Shown: piece after piece, positions 12,509 through 28,000 of the stretch
Position numbering within the stretch: the stretch's first letter is position 1
Layout: the number at the start of each line of letters is the position of its first letter
From: Acanthaster planci
Taxonomy: Eukaryota
Length of the DNA stretch: 64,000 nt
Reading direction: 5' to 3'
NCBI RefSeq assembly: GCF_001949145.1
Contig: NW_019091356.1
Coordinates: 248,001 to 312,000, forward strand
Made by a program: the position numbers and the translations under genes
Notes under the pieces: generated by a model
The model's database searches: none
What the model was told of the DNA's origin: nothing
What the model saw: only the letters and a program-made list of their open reading frames with translations

Positions 12509-15500
12509 CTGCAATATAATGAAAAGGGTATTGGAATGAGCCTCTTTGAACCTCATGTATATGCTTTTAACAAGGTATTCCGAGGAAAAAAATCAGAAAA
12601 CCCGATACTGAGCAGCAGTGCAGTCTTCCTAAGAAAGTGATCAATATCTAGGTCAGACAAACACACAAAAAATAATTTTCCACCCTTGTTTAAATTCTCT
12701 GAAACCTCAACTTGATTAATTGTGGCAACCAGTGATGGTCTGAGTTCAGGTCAACTGATCAAAGACACGCAGGCCCGTGATTTGACAAGTCAAGAACATT
12801 GCACTTTCTTGACCATGAGCCAGGATTAAGGGACATTATTTTCCTGGATTAACTTGAGCTGGGGGTGGAATAAATCCACTGACGGCCTTTTGTTCACAAG
12901 ACTCAACACACAAAAGGCTGTCTTGACCAATTAAAGGCAAGCGGACTCGGGTCATAAGTCACTGACCATGAAGTAGGCCTATCACAACCCATTATCAATA
13001 ACAGGGGCCATATTGTCTCATGATGACAATCAAAGTATACCCTTGAAACAATGATTCACTGAAACCAAAAATTCTCAAACTAAGGGATACCACACAGTTT
13101 TCCCTTTTCGACAGCTTTACGAAAAAACCAAGTGATCGCAATGCGCATGGATGAGTGTATGTACACAATCAGAAAAGCTTTCCCCATATGATTTACCTAA
13201 CAGAGTTTATGGCGGTCGTGCAAGTACAAAGATAAATCTGCACCTGATTACAACGAATTGGGGAAATCGTTCTGGATTTAAAAAAAAAAACCTTATCTCA
13301 TCCGCTTTTTCACCAGCAGAAAAAGGAGGTTTCTAATCCAAGGATTCAGTGTTATATCCCCCTGATTTATCGGACGCGATGCTAATCCCAGCCAAGCCCT
13401 CATGATGAATTTGCGATTTTTGAGGCCCTGTTGGTGGATTACAACCGACTTACAGCTGTGGATTAATACTAATTCGCGCACGTCACTTCGGATACAATTG
13501 ACCTCATCGTGATACTGTGAGCAGCGTGCAAAGAGCTGCAGTGGGTGTTAGAAGAATTCGTCTAGAAAGAATAAGTTTGGGTTCTGTCTCTGCCTTTGAG
13601 TTAAAGCCGCGCAACTTCGCGGAAAACATCGACCTTCCAGTGAAGGGAGATAATCATACTAAATTCCCTAACAGGAATAAATCATCCAATTTTATTATGA
13701 TATATATACACACCCTAAGAGGTTAAAGTTCAGATTCAATTTTAGCCGAGTGACACAAGCTCGTTAGATACAAGTAAACCTCGCATGTGCTAACGCTAGT
13801 ATATTGCAGAGTAGGGAAGTCAAACTATGACAGATTCGAGAACAGTGGCCCTTTTATGATTTGCCAGGGAAACTAAGCAACAAGGTAATTCACAAAATGG
13901 ATTTTAAAATACAGGAATAATAGATTTCGATACAAAAAAGGAAGGATCCTTGAATGGATATGAGCAAATTGTCACGTCAGCTGTGAGAGAATGGTTGGGA
14001 GCTTGTTTATCTTGTGCTAAGCACCCCTTACCTTCCATTATGGTATGTCGCTGCTTGAGACAGAATGCTTAATAATAATTGCTCATAAATACAACGAACT
14101 TAACAATCGTGAGGTAAGGAATGAATAAGGAATGAAAGACTCGCTAATTAAGGAATCCACAATACGTCATACAAAGGGGAGATACGTGTACAACCATGCT
14201 TTCAACCATTGTACAGTTACAAGAAAAATCTCTGATTAAATTAAATCAGAAAGGTCCATTCGCCATTACAAAGCCGCAAATTCATAACAGCCTGAGACAG
14301 GACTCATCTCAGCTCCCAAAGTAAACAGAACTAAGAAGCAGATTTGCAGAGAGGAACATATCATATGCAAGCCCCCGTTGCTCCTTGACGTCAGAATCTA
14401 CATGTACTTGTTTACATGTGGAAGCGACCTTTATGTCCATACCAATCGTTTCCATTACAGGGCATCTGCTGAAACGATCTCGCTTGCTAAGAAAGAGTAG
14501 ATTTAGAGTAGCAGAAAGGCGAAGGCAAATACTCATTTACTTACCTTGAATTGAAGAGGGCTTTATTTCGTTTCATAATTGGTGATGGTACAGAGATGAC
14601 TAATCTTATGGACTTCATCAACCAGTATGAAGCATAAACAGCCTGACTTTGAAGTAGATTGAAGCGGTTATCGTAACTTTTTTGCTCAAATATATAGCTC
14701 TTGTCACATGCTTTCAAAAGAGCCAGTGTTAATAAAACAGTTTCAACCTTTTCAGAAAACTTCTCAAAGCCACCTTAAAACCAGTTTTATAAATGAAGTC
14801 ATTTTCAACGTGTGAGGGAGGACGTGGGTGAGAACACCCCCTATACACCAAGTCCACTATCCCTATTTCCCAATAAAGACACATGAAGCAACACAGAACT
14901 GTTTCGATCCCACATCAAGAACGGAGGTTTTAATTACCCGTGTCTGAAACAATTTTGGCCAGTCTTCTTTTAAACAAGAACAAGGAGGGAGACATTTCAT
15001 TACCAAGTGATAAGGAAGCTTGCATGTTATATCGACCGCCTGAAGGTCTTGAAGACCGACCTCCCAGAATTACAAGCCAACCCTAATCCTTCCAAACTTC
15101 CGATTGGTTGATACCTAGGGGACGTTTGGGAAGAGACATTTAAATACTGCTCTAATTTTGTCTGCAGCCCATGAGTGAAAAGAGTTGCATGACAAAAAAC
15201 GAGCGAACTAGAAGAATTGAGGGTCAATGGGTGGCGCTATCAGTATCAGCGATTTACCCAACAACCATTATTGATGCTTCAATCTTGCTCAGTCGATCGA
15301 GTTTGGACTCTAATCACTATATTGCCTAAACTGCATACCATGTTATTCTTCGCTGTAAACACTGCCGGTGTTGACTTTTGGGTCAACTGAAGGAGATTTC
15401 AACAAACTTCCAATGATCTATCAACCAAGTGACTGTAATACACTGATTTAAACTTTTTATATAGAAGACGGGAATTCAGTTTAGCTGTTTTGTTCGTACT

Positions 15501-18327
15501 GCTATTTGTTCTGAGTCATTTACTCCAATATTCGCACATGGAATAGTTCAGCGCATTACTTAAATCTTTCAGCAAGACATTTCTGTGATTCGTTTGTCAT
15601 TTTTAGGAGAAAATATGCTAAACGCATCAATGGTGTCTCACAATTATTTCGTAAGATGACAGATCTAGGTTATCATATGTGAATCGAATTTAAGTTTGAA
15701 GGCCCACTCACAAATTAAGTGATCCCATATGTTACCGCTTATGAATTCAGTTTGAATAGTACCGACCGTCTGTCACAGTTAAGTGATGTTCCTTTATGCA
15801 GAAAGGTCATCTTATGAGGTTTATTCACACAAGTCGGTTAATTCACGTGTGGTATTCATAGTCGATTTCACAAACATTTCAAATAGTATACTCTAACCAA
15901 GAGACATATTTCCTGGTACTTCATTCTGATGTAAGGTTTTCCAAGTTGAAGACCATAAAACTGAGAGTTGGGAGAAAGCAACAGACCTTAAGAAAGAAAG
16001 GAAAGGCAAATAAAAACAAACAATTTGGGGCGATTTTGACGACCAAACGCAACGCACACGTGATGTGTTATGTTAACGGATCAATTTTTGTGTCAGTGAA
16101 AATGAAACGCATGAACGCATCGTGTACGCAACGCACCCAAAAACGTACATAATGGAAAGCCACCTTTATGTGCAATAACACAAATTCGAAGAAAATGAAA
16201 TGGAACATTCAAGAATTTCACAAACAGACTAGTCTAGCCAAAAGCTCAAAATAAATGGCTCTTTTTATTTATTGAGCATAGGCCTACGCCTGGTTATTTT
16301 GCGACAAATTAAAATGCAGTATAAGATGTACATATTCGTCATAACTGAATAATAAATAATATTATGGACCATTCATTAAAACTTATTATTGTTGGACAAA
16401 AAGAAATTGGAACTTTCTTCCGCAATTGTAATTGGTCATTGTCCTCATCATATAAATATTTGAACGTCATAATATTACTTTTTGTTCCTTTTTGAAAATG
16501 ATACTCTTACCTCAGGGTGTCATTGAATTCTACACCTATCTAGGGTATTTCTAAGTGGATGATTTTCTTCTTGTTAGGGGTCATTCTTGGTCCAATGGGG
16601 AGCAACGGGGGACGTAATTAGCCCGGTAAGGGGGTGCACCAATGGGAAAGTCAGGTATTGGAGGTGATGAGGGACGGTAACCTTCTCCGGGTCCCCTAAG
16701 ACAACCCCCCCCCCGAAGTGCATAGTATGAGAAGGAAACAATATAAGGACTGAAAATGTGGAGAGAAACTGGAATCGGTCAGCAGTATGCGGGTACAAGC
16801 AGGAACATTGTGATGTCTCAGTGAGATTGGAGAAACGTGAGTATGAGACGTCTGGGTTTACCACTTTCTCGTAGGCTAATCCTGCTGATTTACCGTTAAA
16901 ACCGGGAAGGCGTGAATGAATTAAGACTCGCTAAGCAACAACTAATCATACCAGAACGTGAACAAAGTTAAGTGTGTGACATAATTAGAGTCTGTTGTGA
17001 TTCTCAGGAGTCTGAAACGAAATGGTAGCTCCTTAAAAGTCACTCAGTGTTGTAAACAACATCAACCATTTCACCGGTTCTCCAGATTTCTCGAAGCTTC
17101 ACGAGGTATTCCCTTTAATTTCGTATTACGTATTACTATTACGTACATTATTGGGCATTTAAAAAAAGAATTCCCCGATCTTCAAAATTAGCTATGCCTT
17201 CAACATTGCAAGGAGCCAACCCCAGCCAAATATTCAACAAATGTAGCATCATGAGTGCCAGAACAGGGTATAAATGCGACGCAACAAATGTCTGTTGTCG
17301 CCTAGCGTTGTGCTCTGGGACTCGAACGCGCCACTTTCACGGTTAGTTTGTCCCCAGGAAAACATGTAGCCATTGCGTTTCCAGCGCAGCTAAACTCCGA
17401 TTATAATGTCTGTCGTCGTGTACTCGTGGTCTGCACCATGTAGCTCGACGTCATAGTTGAAAATGTAACCTAATAGATACTGAATACCTTTCCAGGTTAT
17501 ATGTACAAACAACATGACGCCAATCGTAGTCGTGACTCGAGCCGGGTCGTCCTTTTAAAAGTATTCCCCAGTTGCAAACTGAGCACTGGCAAAAGGAAAC
17601 AGTCTGTAAACAAGGGAAGTACAAGCAAAATGCGATATAAGAAGTCGTCTCTGTATCATTTTTTGCCCTCCGACTTTGTTGAGGCATGGAGATGGTTGAG
17701 GGCGCTCTTGCAGGAAAACCGAGTGTGTTTCTGGAATCATATAGCATTCCTTTACAAGTCTATGCCAATTTTATGTCTGTCGGACCTTGTTCAATGGAAA
17801 TACCAATAATATCAGGGGTCTTTTCTCATAAAGAACATCCAAGGACATAATAACGCCTGATGAGTAGTATGAAAATTTGCTGAAGGTCGTTGCCCTTACC
17901 AAGTTCAACTGTCTACCAGATGCACTTTGATTGTTGTCAATATCTGCAGCCGAGACAATTTTTTTGCCCGTTCATCGCACTCTGCGTTTTACTGTACAAC
18001 AAAAGATGCCTCGCCTAGACCTCCATCTTGAAACAGTTAGGAACACAATCTATGTTGCGTTCGGAGTCAATTATTAGACGTCTTCCGATTTCTCATTTGG
18101 CGTAACAATGACCTCAACAGGGCGAGAAAAATGGGCAAGGGTTCGTCTTTACTTCCTCGGTAGTCATCATCTCAAATGATGCAACATCACTGTTGAAGCT
18201 GCTACTCTTTGTAGATAATTGAAAACATATTGGAGGAACTTTAGTAAATAGAATGTTAACGTTTCTTAATCGAAAACTTACAGGGGTTGCCTTACGTTCG
18301 ATATCATTGTTTTTTGTACCAGCACAT

Positions 18328-18367
18328 ATGATTCCCCTATAAAAAGAATGATTCCCCTATAAAAAGA
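18328..18367 (+). repeat. Perfect 20-bp tandem duplication
   Basis: atgattcccctataaaaaga x2. Confidence 0.9.
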
Positions 18368-21300
18368 ATAATGATTGTACAGAGAAACTCACTGGTGCTG
18401 AGTATTTTTGATACATTATTGCAGTAATGCCTGTCATATTGTATAATTATTTGACAGAGAGATCCTCACAGTCATCACAGTAACGTCGTGTGCAAGGTAT
18501 TTACGGCAAACTTGCAAATAAGTCCTTAATACATTTAGACCAAAACACAAGAGTCGGCCAGTGAACAAAACAACTACGCCCTAATCACGACGGAAAGTCA
18601 GCACGGTCAAGTCGGGTCATCACGGGTCACCTATTGGCCGCTCTCCTTCCCAGAGGTCATGACCTTCTGGAGATGTTCCTGGGCAGTGGAGACAAGGAGT
18701 CCTGCATGATCGTTCCCGTCCAGCTAGAGCCCATCCTGTTGTTGTAAAATGCTGAAAGATGTAAGCCGTACATTTGTTGCATCGTTCCCCTTTTAGTTCA
18801 CTGCCAGGTGAACTGGAAAACGACTTCCGTGTCCATGGGTCAGTTGGGACCCTGTTTGTGGCTTCATCATTTTGAACTGAAGTAGTGGGTTTGCGTGGGT
18901 AATATAATTTGGACACAAGCCAGGAAATTGTACGTTTAAAGGCTAGTGCAACTGCAAGGGAACCCGAACAGCACTAAAGAAGCAGCTTGAACAAAAATTG
19001 GTTTCCTTTTGAAGTTACCATGTTTTGATCACAGACTACTACTCTGTTACTTCGACAGATGGTTTTTAGTTTCCAACACAGCCATACTCAACTTCAGCTC
19101 AGAGGTAAAACTTTAATGTTTCTGCCCGCGCTCCTATTGCAGAGTTTGTCACACGTCTCAAATATAGGGAAATTTATCATGGGTATTGCAAGATCTCTTC
19201 TAACCGACCGAGCGTAACCTTTTGGTTTGTATTACACGAGAAAAAAAAAGAATATAAGTACCTGATCTATGACTAATTAGTCTACGGAAAGAATTCATCC
19301 AGCTGCCCACCGCTCAGGGGTGGATGAGTAATGGAGTTGCCACAAATCAACACAGTGATCATTGCATGTGCGCATCAAGTGCGATCTTGCGAGATTTGGT
19401 GACAGAAAGGCAAAGCGAAATTCAAGAACCTAATTCCGCTCTGGAAGGAAACCTGCATCACTTCCGGAGACAGATGGAAAACGTCAGCGATTGTGTTCGT
19501 GGTGCTGTAAACAAGCTTAGTTTTGATTTGGAACCCCGGCTATTTGACCACCTACCGCGAGACGGGGGGGGGGCTTTACGATATTTTAACCTCATCACGC
19601 AGCTGCCGAGCAATTCGGAACTCATTTAGAGAGTGGTGTCAGAGCTTCAAATCACCTTAGTTGTAAACATGACAAGGGTAATCTAAACAGGGTACAAGTT
19701 GAATTCCAAACCGATGACTGTCACTGCTGCGGTCACCTGCTGAAGCTATATGGGGGTGACTGAGGGTGGGAATCTGGCTCAAATCATTCGATCAGTATCA
19801 TCACTCATAAAAGTTTCGACAGTCGCACCATACATACAGGGATTCCAGGATTATCAAAACATGGGCGAACATCTATGCCTTTAGACTTTAGCTTTCAACC
19901 AAATTATGAGGTCTCAGAGCAATATTAACTAAGGGGATAGTTTCATTTCAGGGTCACTGGAGGGTTTCCCATCAAAACGTTGTGTTTTAACTCAAGTAAC
20001 ATGTACCCTTCATCCCATAGAGCATAGAGAACAAAGCAAGGAAAAAGAGCTATGGGCCATGGACCTCCTCAGAATGATTTTACGGCCTACCTAACCACTC
20101 CCAAAGTATACCTTAGCAGTGAGTCACAGCCTGCTGTTACATTCCAAAGCACTGCCTTCACATGGAAGATTTAGGTCCCTACTTTTAGAATTGTGTTTTT
20201 TAACCATGGATGTTTGTATGTATCCTGGCCCATTATCCTGGGAAGGGTCTGTTTGGACATTCGTAGGTCAACCTCAAGTTGGACAGAATAGGGCTACAGG
20301 GTGTTCGTTCAGGAACAGTAAAGTGAATCTTGTCAGAGATGGAAAGGAAAGGGAACATCAGAAGGAAAAATGGGACGTTCGCAACAACGACCTTTCAGTC
20401 AAGACTTAGGCCTAGCCTAAGGCAACAGAAACGTCTCGGGTTCCTTTCAAAACAGTTTCTGTAAACCCACGAGACTCTAAGAATCATGTGTGTACACAGA
20501 ACTCCAAACAAAATGATTCGTGGCAAATGGAATATTAAAAAAAACTTTTCAGAGCAGCTTGCACTTGCCTTATCATTTCTTTCAAATTACATTTTGTTGA
20601 AATAAAAACTGGTGAACATATTAAATAATGTCCTCATGGAACTCACAGTATGAAATGAATTAAAGTAATTTTCCAGTGTATTATTTAATGTTCAGCAAAA
20701 TCCTCTCGTGTTTGGCTAGAAAAGGCCATGGTGTATGCTCGTTTTCAAATAGTGTAGGGAAAAAGTTAACATTATATATCACTGTACGAGGGTATAGCAT
20801 AATGTTCGACAGTCTGGGGTGGAAGTTGCACCCTCTCACACAGCAAGAAAATCTAAACATGAACTCATGATAAGTGCGCACGGTCATTATGGTAAAACGA
20901 AATCTGGATTTTACATTAAGCAGTCACTGCCGGTTTGGCTCCATCCTTTGCTTTTAATAACTTCCTTTATTTTTCCGTTTATGCCGAGAAAAAAGCCCAC
21001 TTGTCTGGTGGTGTATCACTGAAACTATTGTCTGAACGTCAGAAACAGGAAAAACGTGGCTGGACATTTTGTAGGTTAAGTTATGTCCCACATGGCAGGT
21101 GCCAGAAATAACTGGCATTATTTTATCAAGCTCTGAAAACTAGATGGACTGATAAACCCTCTCACGGGAAGCTAGGACAGGTGCATGAAGTTGTCTGTCC
21201 CCCGTCCGGTGGTTTCAAAATTTTTCATGGATCACTTACTTTCGATGATTATTATGTTCTTTTTGGCAGGGACTGACGTATGCAGCGCAGCACATCTAAC

Positions 21301-22690
21301 GGATTTAGCGTAAAATGATATTGAATCATCTGGCTATGAATTTCAAGCGAATTTTGAAGCTCCTGCAGTAAACAAAAATTAACTAGCAGTGGAATAAACC
21401 TAACTAACTGCATGACACATATTTCCCAGAGCAGGTATGCCTTCTCTCGTACCCTTCAAAGGTCTGGATTCAAATGTAATAAAATGCGTTCGCAAGGCTT
21501 ACCATTCCAGTCTCGCCTTAAAAGTGGAGGAGAGACCAATAACCAACCTGTTCATATTCTACCCGACGAAGACCGGACAGAGGGACTGTCCAAGTCTACC
21601 CCAAGTGTATCTGCAGTGGGTTTGAACCTAGGTGAAAATCGTGGAGAAGTGGAAACGACCACCTTACCTCGGAGGCAAAAACAATTAATTTCTTCCCTTT
21701 GTTTTTGCTTGTAAACGACTTAAATAGACCTTGTCGAATTTGTTGTCAGTTAAAAGATCCCTGTGGAATTGTAAATCCAACATCCCATTCTCAAGTCCCG
21801 TCGCATAGCGCTGATCTTCCAATTGATTAGGTATGATTGACAGCAAACCTCACATATTGACTTCATCAAGTTTAACTTAAAGTTATAAGTGGATTCTTCT
21901 ATACCTTAGCACCACGTCATTTGAGGCCTGACGACCCTTGATTTAAACAGGAGCCCGAAGTCTTCACATCATGCTAAATGACTAACCTTACAAACAACAA
22001 ATCTGCACAATATCACAGTCGTTTCCTGAAGCAAAATAGAACGCCCGGCGTTCGCGGAGGACTCATAACCAAAGCCCGAAATTATAACGTGTGTTCAAAT
22101 ATTTCAACTCAACTTCAGCGAATATCACTTTCGCCAGAAATCATATGAACCGGCCGTTAAGCTTAAAGAGGTCACTGAGGCAACAAAATATGGGCATTTG
22201 GAGCACCAATCACTGGTTGGTTGGTCACTCTATTCAAATCCAAGCCCATTCAAATGTCAAGTGTAAAATACTACAGTGTAGTACACAGTTTCCACAAGCA
22301 TGATCGTACATCTTCACAAATAGCTTCAGGGTCAAAGGATAAACCAAGGTTTCTTCTTTCAGCAGGTTATTGCACATTCCGGTGAGGGAGATCTTGAAGA
22401 GTCTGGAGAATCTCCGCGCACGGTCATTTTTGCTCGAAAAAAAATCTGGGCATCATAGTTTGCCAGTGAGAAATGGTCTGAGACTCGAAATCTAATAAAT
22501 TACGTAAGAAAATCGGGATGAGGACTGCCAGATAATCCGTGGATAATAATCAACTTGAATAAAAATTGGTACTGATATGCTCTCCAATGAGCAACTAACT
22601 AAAATTCCCATTCCGGCATTTTATGCATACACCCTGTTTATGCACGCTGATAGTTTTCTTATTTAGAAACAGTGATTGTTTTGAACTTAC

Positions 22691-22773
22691 GTTTGGTGCA
22701 GTCGGGTCCTTTACGTCTCCAGCCAGGACAACATTGATATCTCGTCACATTTACACCGCTTTCATTTTGGAAT
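22691..22773 (-). CDS. Gene A exon 2: CCxGW motif
   Basis: Acceptor tttcccgtag; (T)FQNESGVNVTRYQCCPGWRRKGPDCTK; donor C|gtaagt; phase 2 to 1. Confidence 0.88.
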
Positions 22774-25700
22774 CTACGGGAAACCAGACACAGTGTATGT
22801 GATATTATGGAGTGTGGGTTGTTAAGTAACTTGCAATACTTTATGCTGTAAAAATGCAGTGTGCTGATACAAAATGAGCAGACAGTCATGTTTGTTAATA
22901 ATTAAAACTAATTAAAACAGAGAAATTTCCTACTGCATTATTTCATCCAAATCACCAGCATCCTAATTTAGGGGAGCATTGTTTTTCGGCATCCGAAATT
23001 CCGCCCATTTGAGGAAACCATTGGGAATTGGCATTATAAGGATCTCCTCTGTGTAGGCCTAATGTCTAAAATTTAAATGACCATGTCCAGCATCGAGGTT
23101 ACGTAAGGTACAAGTTAATCACTGTATCGTGAAGGAACACTGATCAAGCAAGTGGTCACTCGGAAACACCCCAGGCACGACGAGAAAATGGATTAGGGTG
23201 ATGACTTACAACATGTCGAAATAACGATATAAAACGAACGCCTTGCCTGTTAGTCAACATCAAAACAGGGTGGAAATGGAATATACAAGTTCTTAAATAG
23301 GTCAGGTAATGGGGGAGAACGACATCTTGGTCATTTTCAGAATCTGTCCATTACGAAGCTCTAATCAAATTGTAATGTACTGTGTCACCCTAATGATGAA
23401 AAGCCTCACAGGATGAATAAAATTCTTTTTAAAATCTGAAGTTTTTTGACCTGCAAATCAAACCAAATAATATCATATACACGTGCCAACTGAAGGAATA
23501 TTCGCCACTGAAACATCGTTCGGTAACGCGCAGATCTCGTGTTTTATTGCCAACCTTGAACTTCCAATTGTTAAGACCATCCCGGATCTTTCATGTTGTG
23601 GATTGCCAAGGTTCTAACGCTATAATCGTGTTTTGATACTGGCATTTTGTGCGACAGAAATCTCCATAAAACAGCGTTTATGATGAGTATTTTTACATCT
23701 CAGAGGGAAGAATTCCCATCCTCGCATAAATTCTGAATATTTGGAATGCAATTTAAACTAGTCTGAGTACAGAGTGACTGTATAAAGTTGTGGGCATCAC
23801 ATTCTAATGTTTTTCTTTATTCATCAATGGCAAAGCTCTGTCATTTAATAAAGCGTCATTGCACTTTGCAGTCGTGAATTTCTCCTGATCACGCCAAAGC
23901 TGCCATAATTTTTTCAAGACATTGGAAATTGTTCTTTCATGGGCACCATAGCAAAGCCATAGTCCTGACAGTGAGACAACTTAAAACAGCACCTACCCCC
24001 CACATGACGCGCGTCCGAGGTCATTTGGGAACAGTAATACTCACAGGCAAGGTCTGTCCAATCAACGCGACTACACCTCCACCCACGCCACACGTATGCT
24101 TTGTTCTCGAATAGCCTTGCCTTTTAAAATAACGAACTGGTTCATTTGTACGACTTGAAGAAATTACAGATTACCAGCACGTCATAAATCTTTCGTCAAT
24201 CTGTGTCTGAAATGGCTTGCTCTATCACTAAACCTGACAGTTGCGTGTGTTCCCTTCATTAGCAGACATCACGAGTAAATCTAGCTATCATCAGTCATGT
24301 AAGTAAGATTTAACTGACATTTCCCCCCTCGCTGAATGAATGAAATCTTCCAGGAATAATCATTGTCACCAATTCCGAGATCTGACCTAAATTTTGATAT
24401 TGGGCATTCAAGGGACGGCTGCTAATTAGCTATGCATGAGGCACTACAAACGACCATTGGGAGAGCTTGGCAGCTCTAGATTACATAAGTTGCCTGTAAA
24501 TTGGTCATGACAGTGGCCTTTATATTAAAAAAAATTCTGAAGCGCTAAAATCGTTTATGATGAGAAATAAAGTCATTTTCTTGCTCAATGTAATGGAAGT
24601 TTTGGCTTCCCACTATAGGTATTGACCTGTAAATCAAAGTGAGCTGGAACCAAATCACAGCCCAGAAATCAAGTTACATGTGCAATGCCTACTGTTATAC
24701 CGAGGATATTCATAATGTCAGACTTTACAAAAACGATGGCCAAGATGCTCGGGTGGATCAATTCAGCTGCTCCATTTTCTGTTAAGTTCCATGCCATCGA
24801 CTACGGAAAGCTCCGAAAATTCGAGACCTTAATTCCCTTCCCTTGCTGCTCGAGCAAGGGTATAGTGATAACACTTAGTGCTAATGAACACGGCAGACCG
24901 TTTCCTTTGTCCACACCCAATGTGGTCAGCAGGTGTTGTCAAGTGTCAACAGGGTCCCAAGTTTCAAATCAAGTGTTGTACATATTTTACAACTAAGGCC
25001 TACACTTATCAGAAAGGAGCACGATTTTTTGCGACGCTGTTTATGGTTCGCAGGAAAGAAGTTTCTAATGCTTTCATACAAAATACAGTCGTTGATGATT
25101 CAGAAACTTGGGATTTGTTGGCATATGCATAATAGTCGCCCTGGGTTTGGTTGCCACCCTAATGATTTGGTTTCTCGGTTGCAGAAAGAGCGTTTAGTAG
25201 GAACAGGTAACACACATACATGTACATCAAATTCGATGAAAATTTCAGGAGACAAAACTGACTGATTGATTCTTTTCGGCATCGAAAATTCTTCGGAACA
25301 CAAACCACTCAGAGAAACCTATAGCCAGCAGACAGAAGACCAACTTTGTGGTAAACCAAAGAATTGAGGTTGGTGGAGTTTTGCCGAGTACCCGCGGATA
25401 ACGTCATCAGTATTCAATTACCTTGATTTCCAACCAAATTTCAGACATCCTAAGCAGGCTGCCCCCAATCTACGGTTCCGTTTGTTTTACCAAACCATAT
25501 TTCGTGTATAAATCGCCGTTGTATACCTAATACTTGCGTTATGTTCCTTACAAATTACAATCGAAGTTATTCAACAGTTTCTTTTTCTACTAGCGAATGA
25601 CATAGATGTTGTCAAGTCTCTATTCAATCCTATTTGGTTTTTGCGGATGAGGTCAACTGAAAGACCGGAACCATGTATGAGCATTTGGCACCAGGCCCGG

Positions 25701-27954
25701 ACGCGTGGGGTATAAAGGTCAGTGGTCCACGCAAAGATATCTGACGGATCAACGTTTTAAAGTCATGGATGAACCCTAATACCAAGCTAATTCCTTTGTG
25801 GGGTTACTGAGACTGATTCGTGTCTGATTTCTGTCTAGACTGTCACAACATCTCTGAGACCAGCGCTGTATTAAAGGAGTCTACCTTGTGAGTAAAACGA
25901 TTGCGGTTACACCATGCATAAATCTCTTTCTTGAGTATTCTGAAGGCGGACAGAGTACACTGTTCGAAACGTCGAGTTATTCCCCGGTTCTTCTCAGAAC
26001 CACACACACTCCAGAAAGAGATTGATCCATGGTGTAACCACAATCGTTTTACTCATATAGTTCTTTCACCATGAAAACCTTTAAGTCTTATGGGTCCACT
26101 TATGTTCCCAGGCCCCTACGTTCCCCTCCCAAAATGTATGCTCCCCAAAGTAGTCACTTCTATGTAAATAAGGGTGAACATTAAACACATAATGAATGGA
26201 TCATCAGTACTGGAGAACACAGGTCGTGTTTCTCTACAGTGTAAAGAAACTGACATACAACCATTTGGTTTACTCTCATTAAAAGAAAAACTTTAAATTC
26301 AGAGAAAGTGGAGAAATATCACAAAGGCAGTATTTCTGTATAGATAGCACCGGATAAGTATGCGGCAGAGAGTACCTTTATCTCAGATATTTTTACAAGA
26401 AATTGAAAACATTGAAATTAAAATTAGAAAAAGAAGTGTGTTTACTAACAAAATGATCTATTCACGGCTAGGAGAATGCTCATTACATAAATTAACTGAT
26501 TTATGGACAACTTCCTCTAATTTCATAAACTGTCAGTATTCCAGATCACGAAAAACTTCTATACTTGTCTGTGACAATACCGACATTTAAATCGCATGCA
26601 CTTGACAACACGAACCTCTTAGCTGTTTCATCCTATAAGTTCCTGACACGTTTATTCCAGTATTATAGCGTGCGTCTTTTGTCTCGGCATATTGTACTCG
26701 ATCTGAGGCTTGTACAAACCATAAATCTTTGATTCAACTAGAACTGATTCATTGAATATTCCATCCTTCCTTAGGCAGACCAGCACTTAGTCCACTGTTA
26801 ATGCTCCTGTTAAGAGCACCATGCACAAAACAACCAACTTTGCCCTGCCAGGAACCGACGAAGTGGGGACTCAAAGTCATTCACACACTACGTTCACGTA
26901 AAACGGCATACAGTGCACCTTTCTAATTTAAAAATGACAATGCTAATTCTAGAATTCAGGATGTAGTTTATTTCATACTGACATGACTAAGAGATGGGTA
27001 ATCTTGTAGCAAATATATATTATACGAACAGCACATTCGTGTCCTCGGCTGACTATCCACAGCAGCAGAAGGAATTGCAACACGGATGTTTTTCATTTAT
27101 CATGCATGGTGAGACAAATTACTTGACATGTGGACACTGATCTGTACGTAGCCCGCAAGCCTGTGGGACTTTACTCACTGTCAAGAATAATTTCCATCAA
27201 TAATTCTAAAACAATAGCCAAGTGGACATTATGTTTGTGTCGTTATCAGCAAGCAGCCACACCGTTTGTTAGTTTCCAGAGTTTGGAGTCTCAGTCCCAG
27301 TAGCCCTTAGCCGTATCCTCCCCATCACATGACGCCAATTGGAGAGGACATCCTGGTGAAGTTGAAGGGAAAAGGTGTCATCCGAAATGCCTTGAGGCAG
27401 AAAGTAGGCCCTTCGGGAACTTTACAGCCCGGGAAAAGCCCAACCTTCTCCGGTAATTCAACATGGAGATGGTTAGTGGTCGACTTCAGATATTGAAGTT
27501 CATAGCGTGAAGGCATTCCAATGTACCGTGATTGACAAAGCACCGTCAATGTGGCCAGCTCAAAAGCCTTCAGCCGTTTTTGTTGGCGTACGTGTGAACA
27601 TTTTACGTTTTACGAAGGTGTAACGCCGAACACATAATAAGGATGAGTATAATTCTGACAATCTTCAAGGAAATTCGAACCCTTGCTAATTGGTTGAATT
27701 ATTGAAGAGCATTAACCGTTATCCCTAATATACTTCACTATTTCATTCTTGTTGTTAAGGTCTATAAATTAAAATTTGTCTCACTTGTGTTTCACTAATT
27801 TGGCGTGACATGGTGGCCGAGGTTAATACAGGCAAGCTTTATATTCCGTTAGGCATTTTACTTCCATTTCCCTTTTGAAACAGAACATTAAAATCCACAA
27901 AGTCAAAGTTCATCTCTCCTTTTTTGTTAGATTTACATTACATAGTTTATTCGC

Positions 27955-28000
27955 TTATTATTATTAGTTTAGTTTAGTTTAGTTTATTAGTTTATTATTG
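27955..28000 (+). repeat. (TTA)n/(TTTAG)n microsatellite
   Basis: ttattattattagtttagtttagtttagtttattagtttattatt. Confidence 0.8.

Noticed and set aside
17310..17345. Pol III B-box-like gttcgagtcc (minus strand), with similar fragments near 12040 and 46150
   Set aside because: No cloverleaf or properly spaced A box, so not a tRNA gene; at most decayed SINE fragments.
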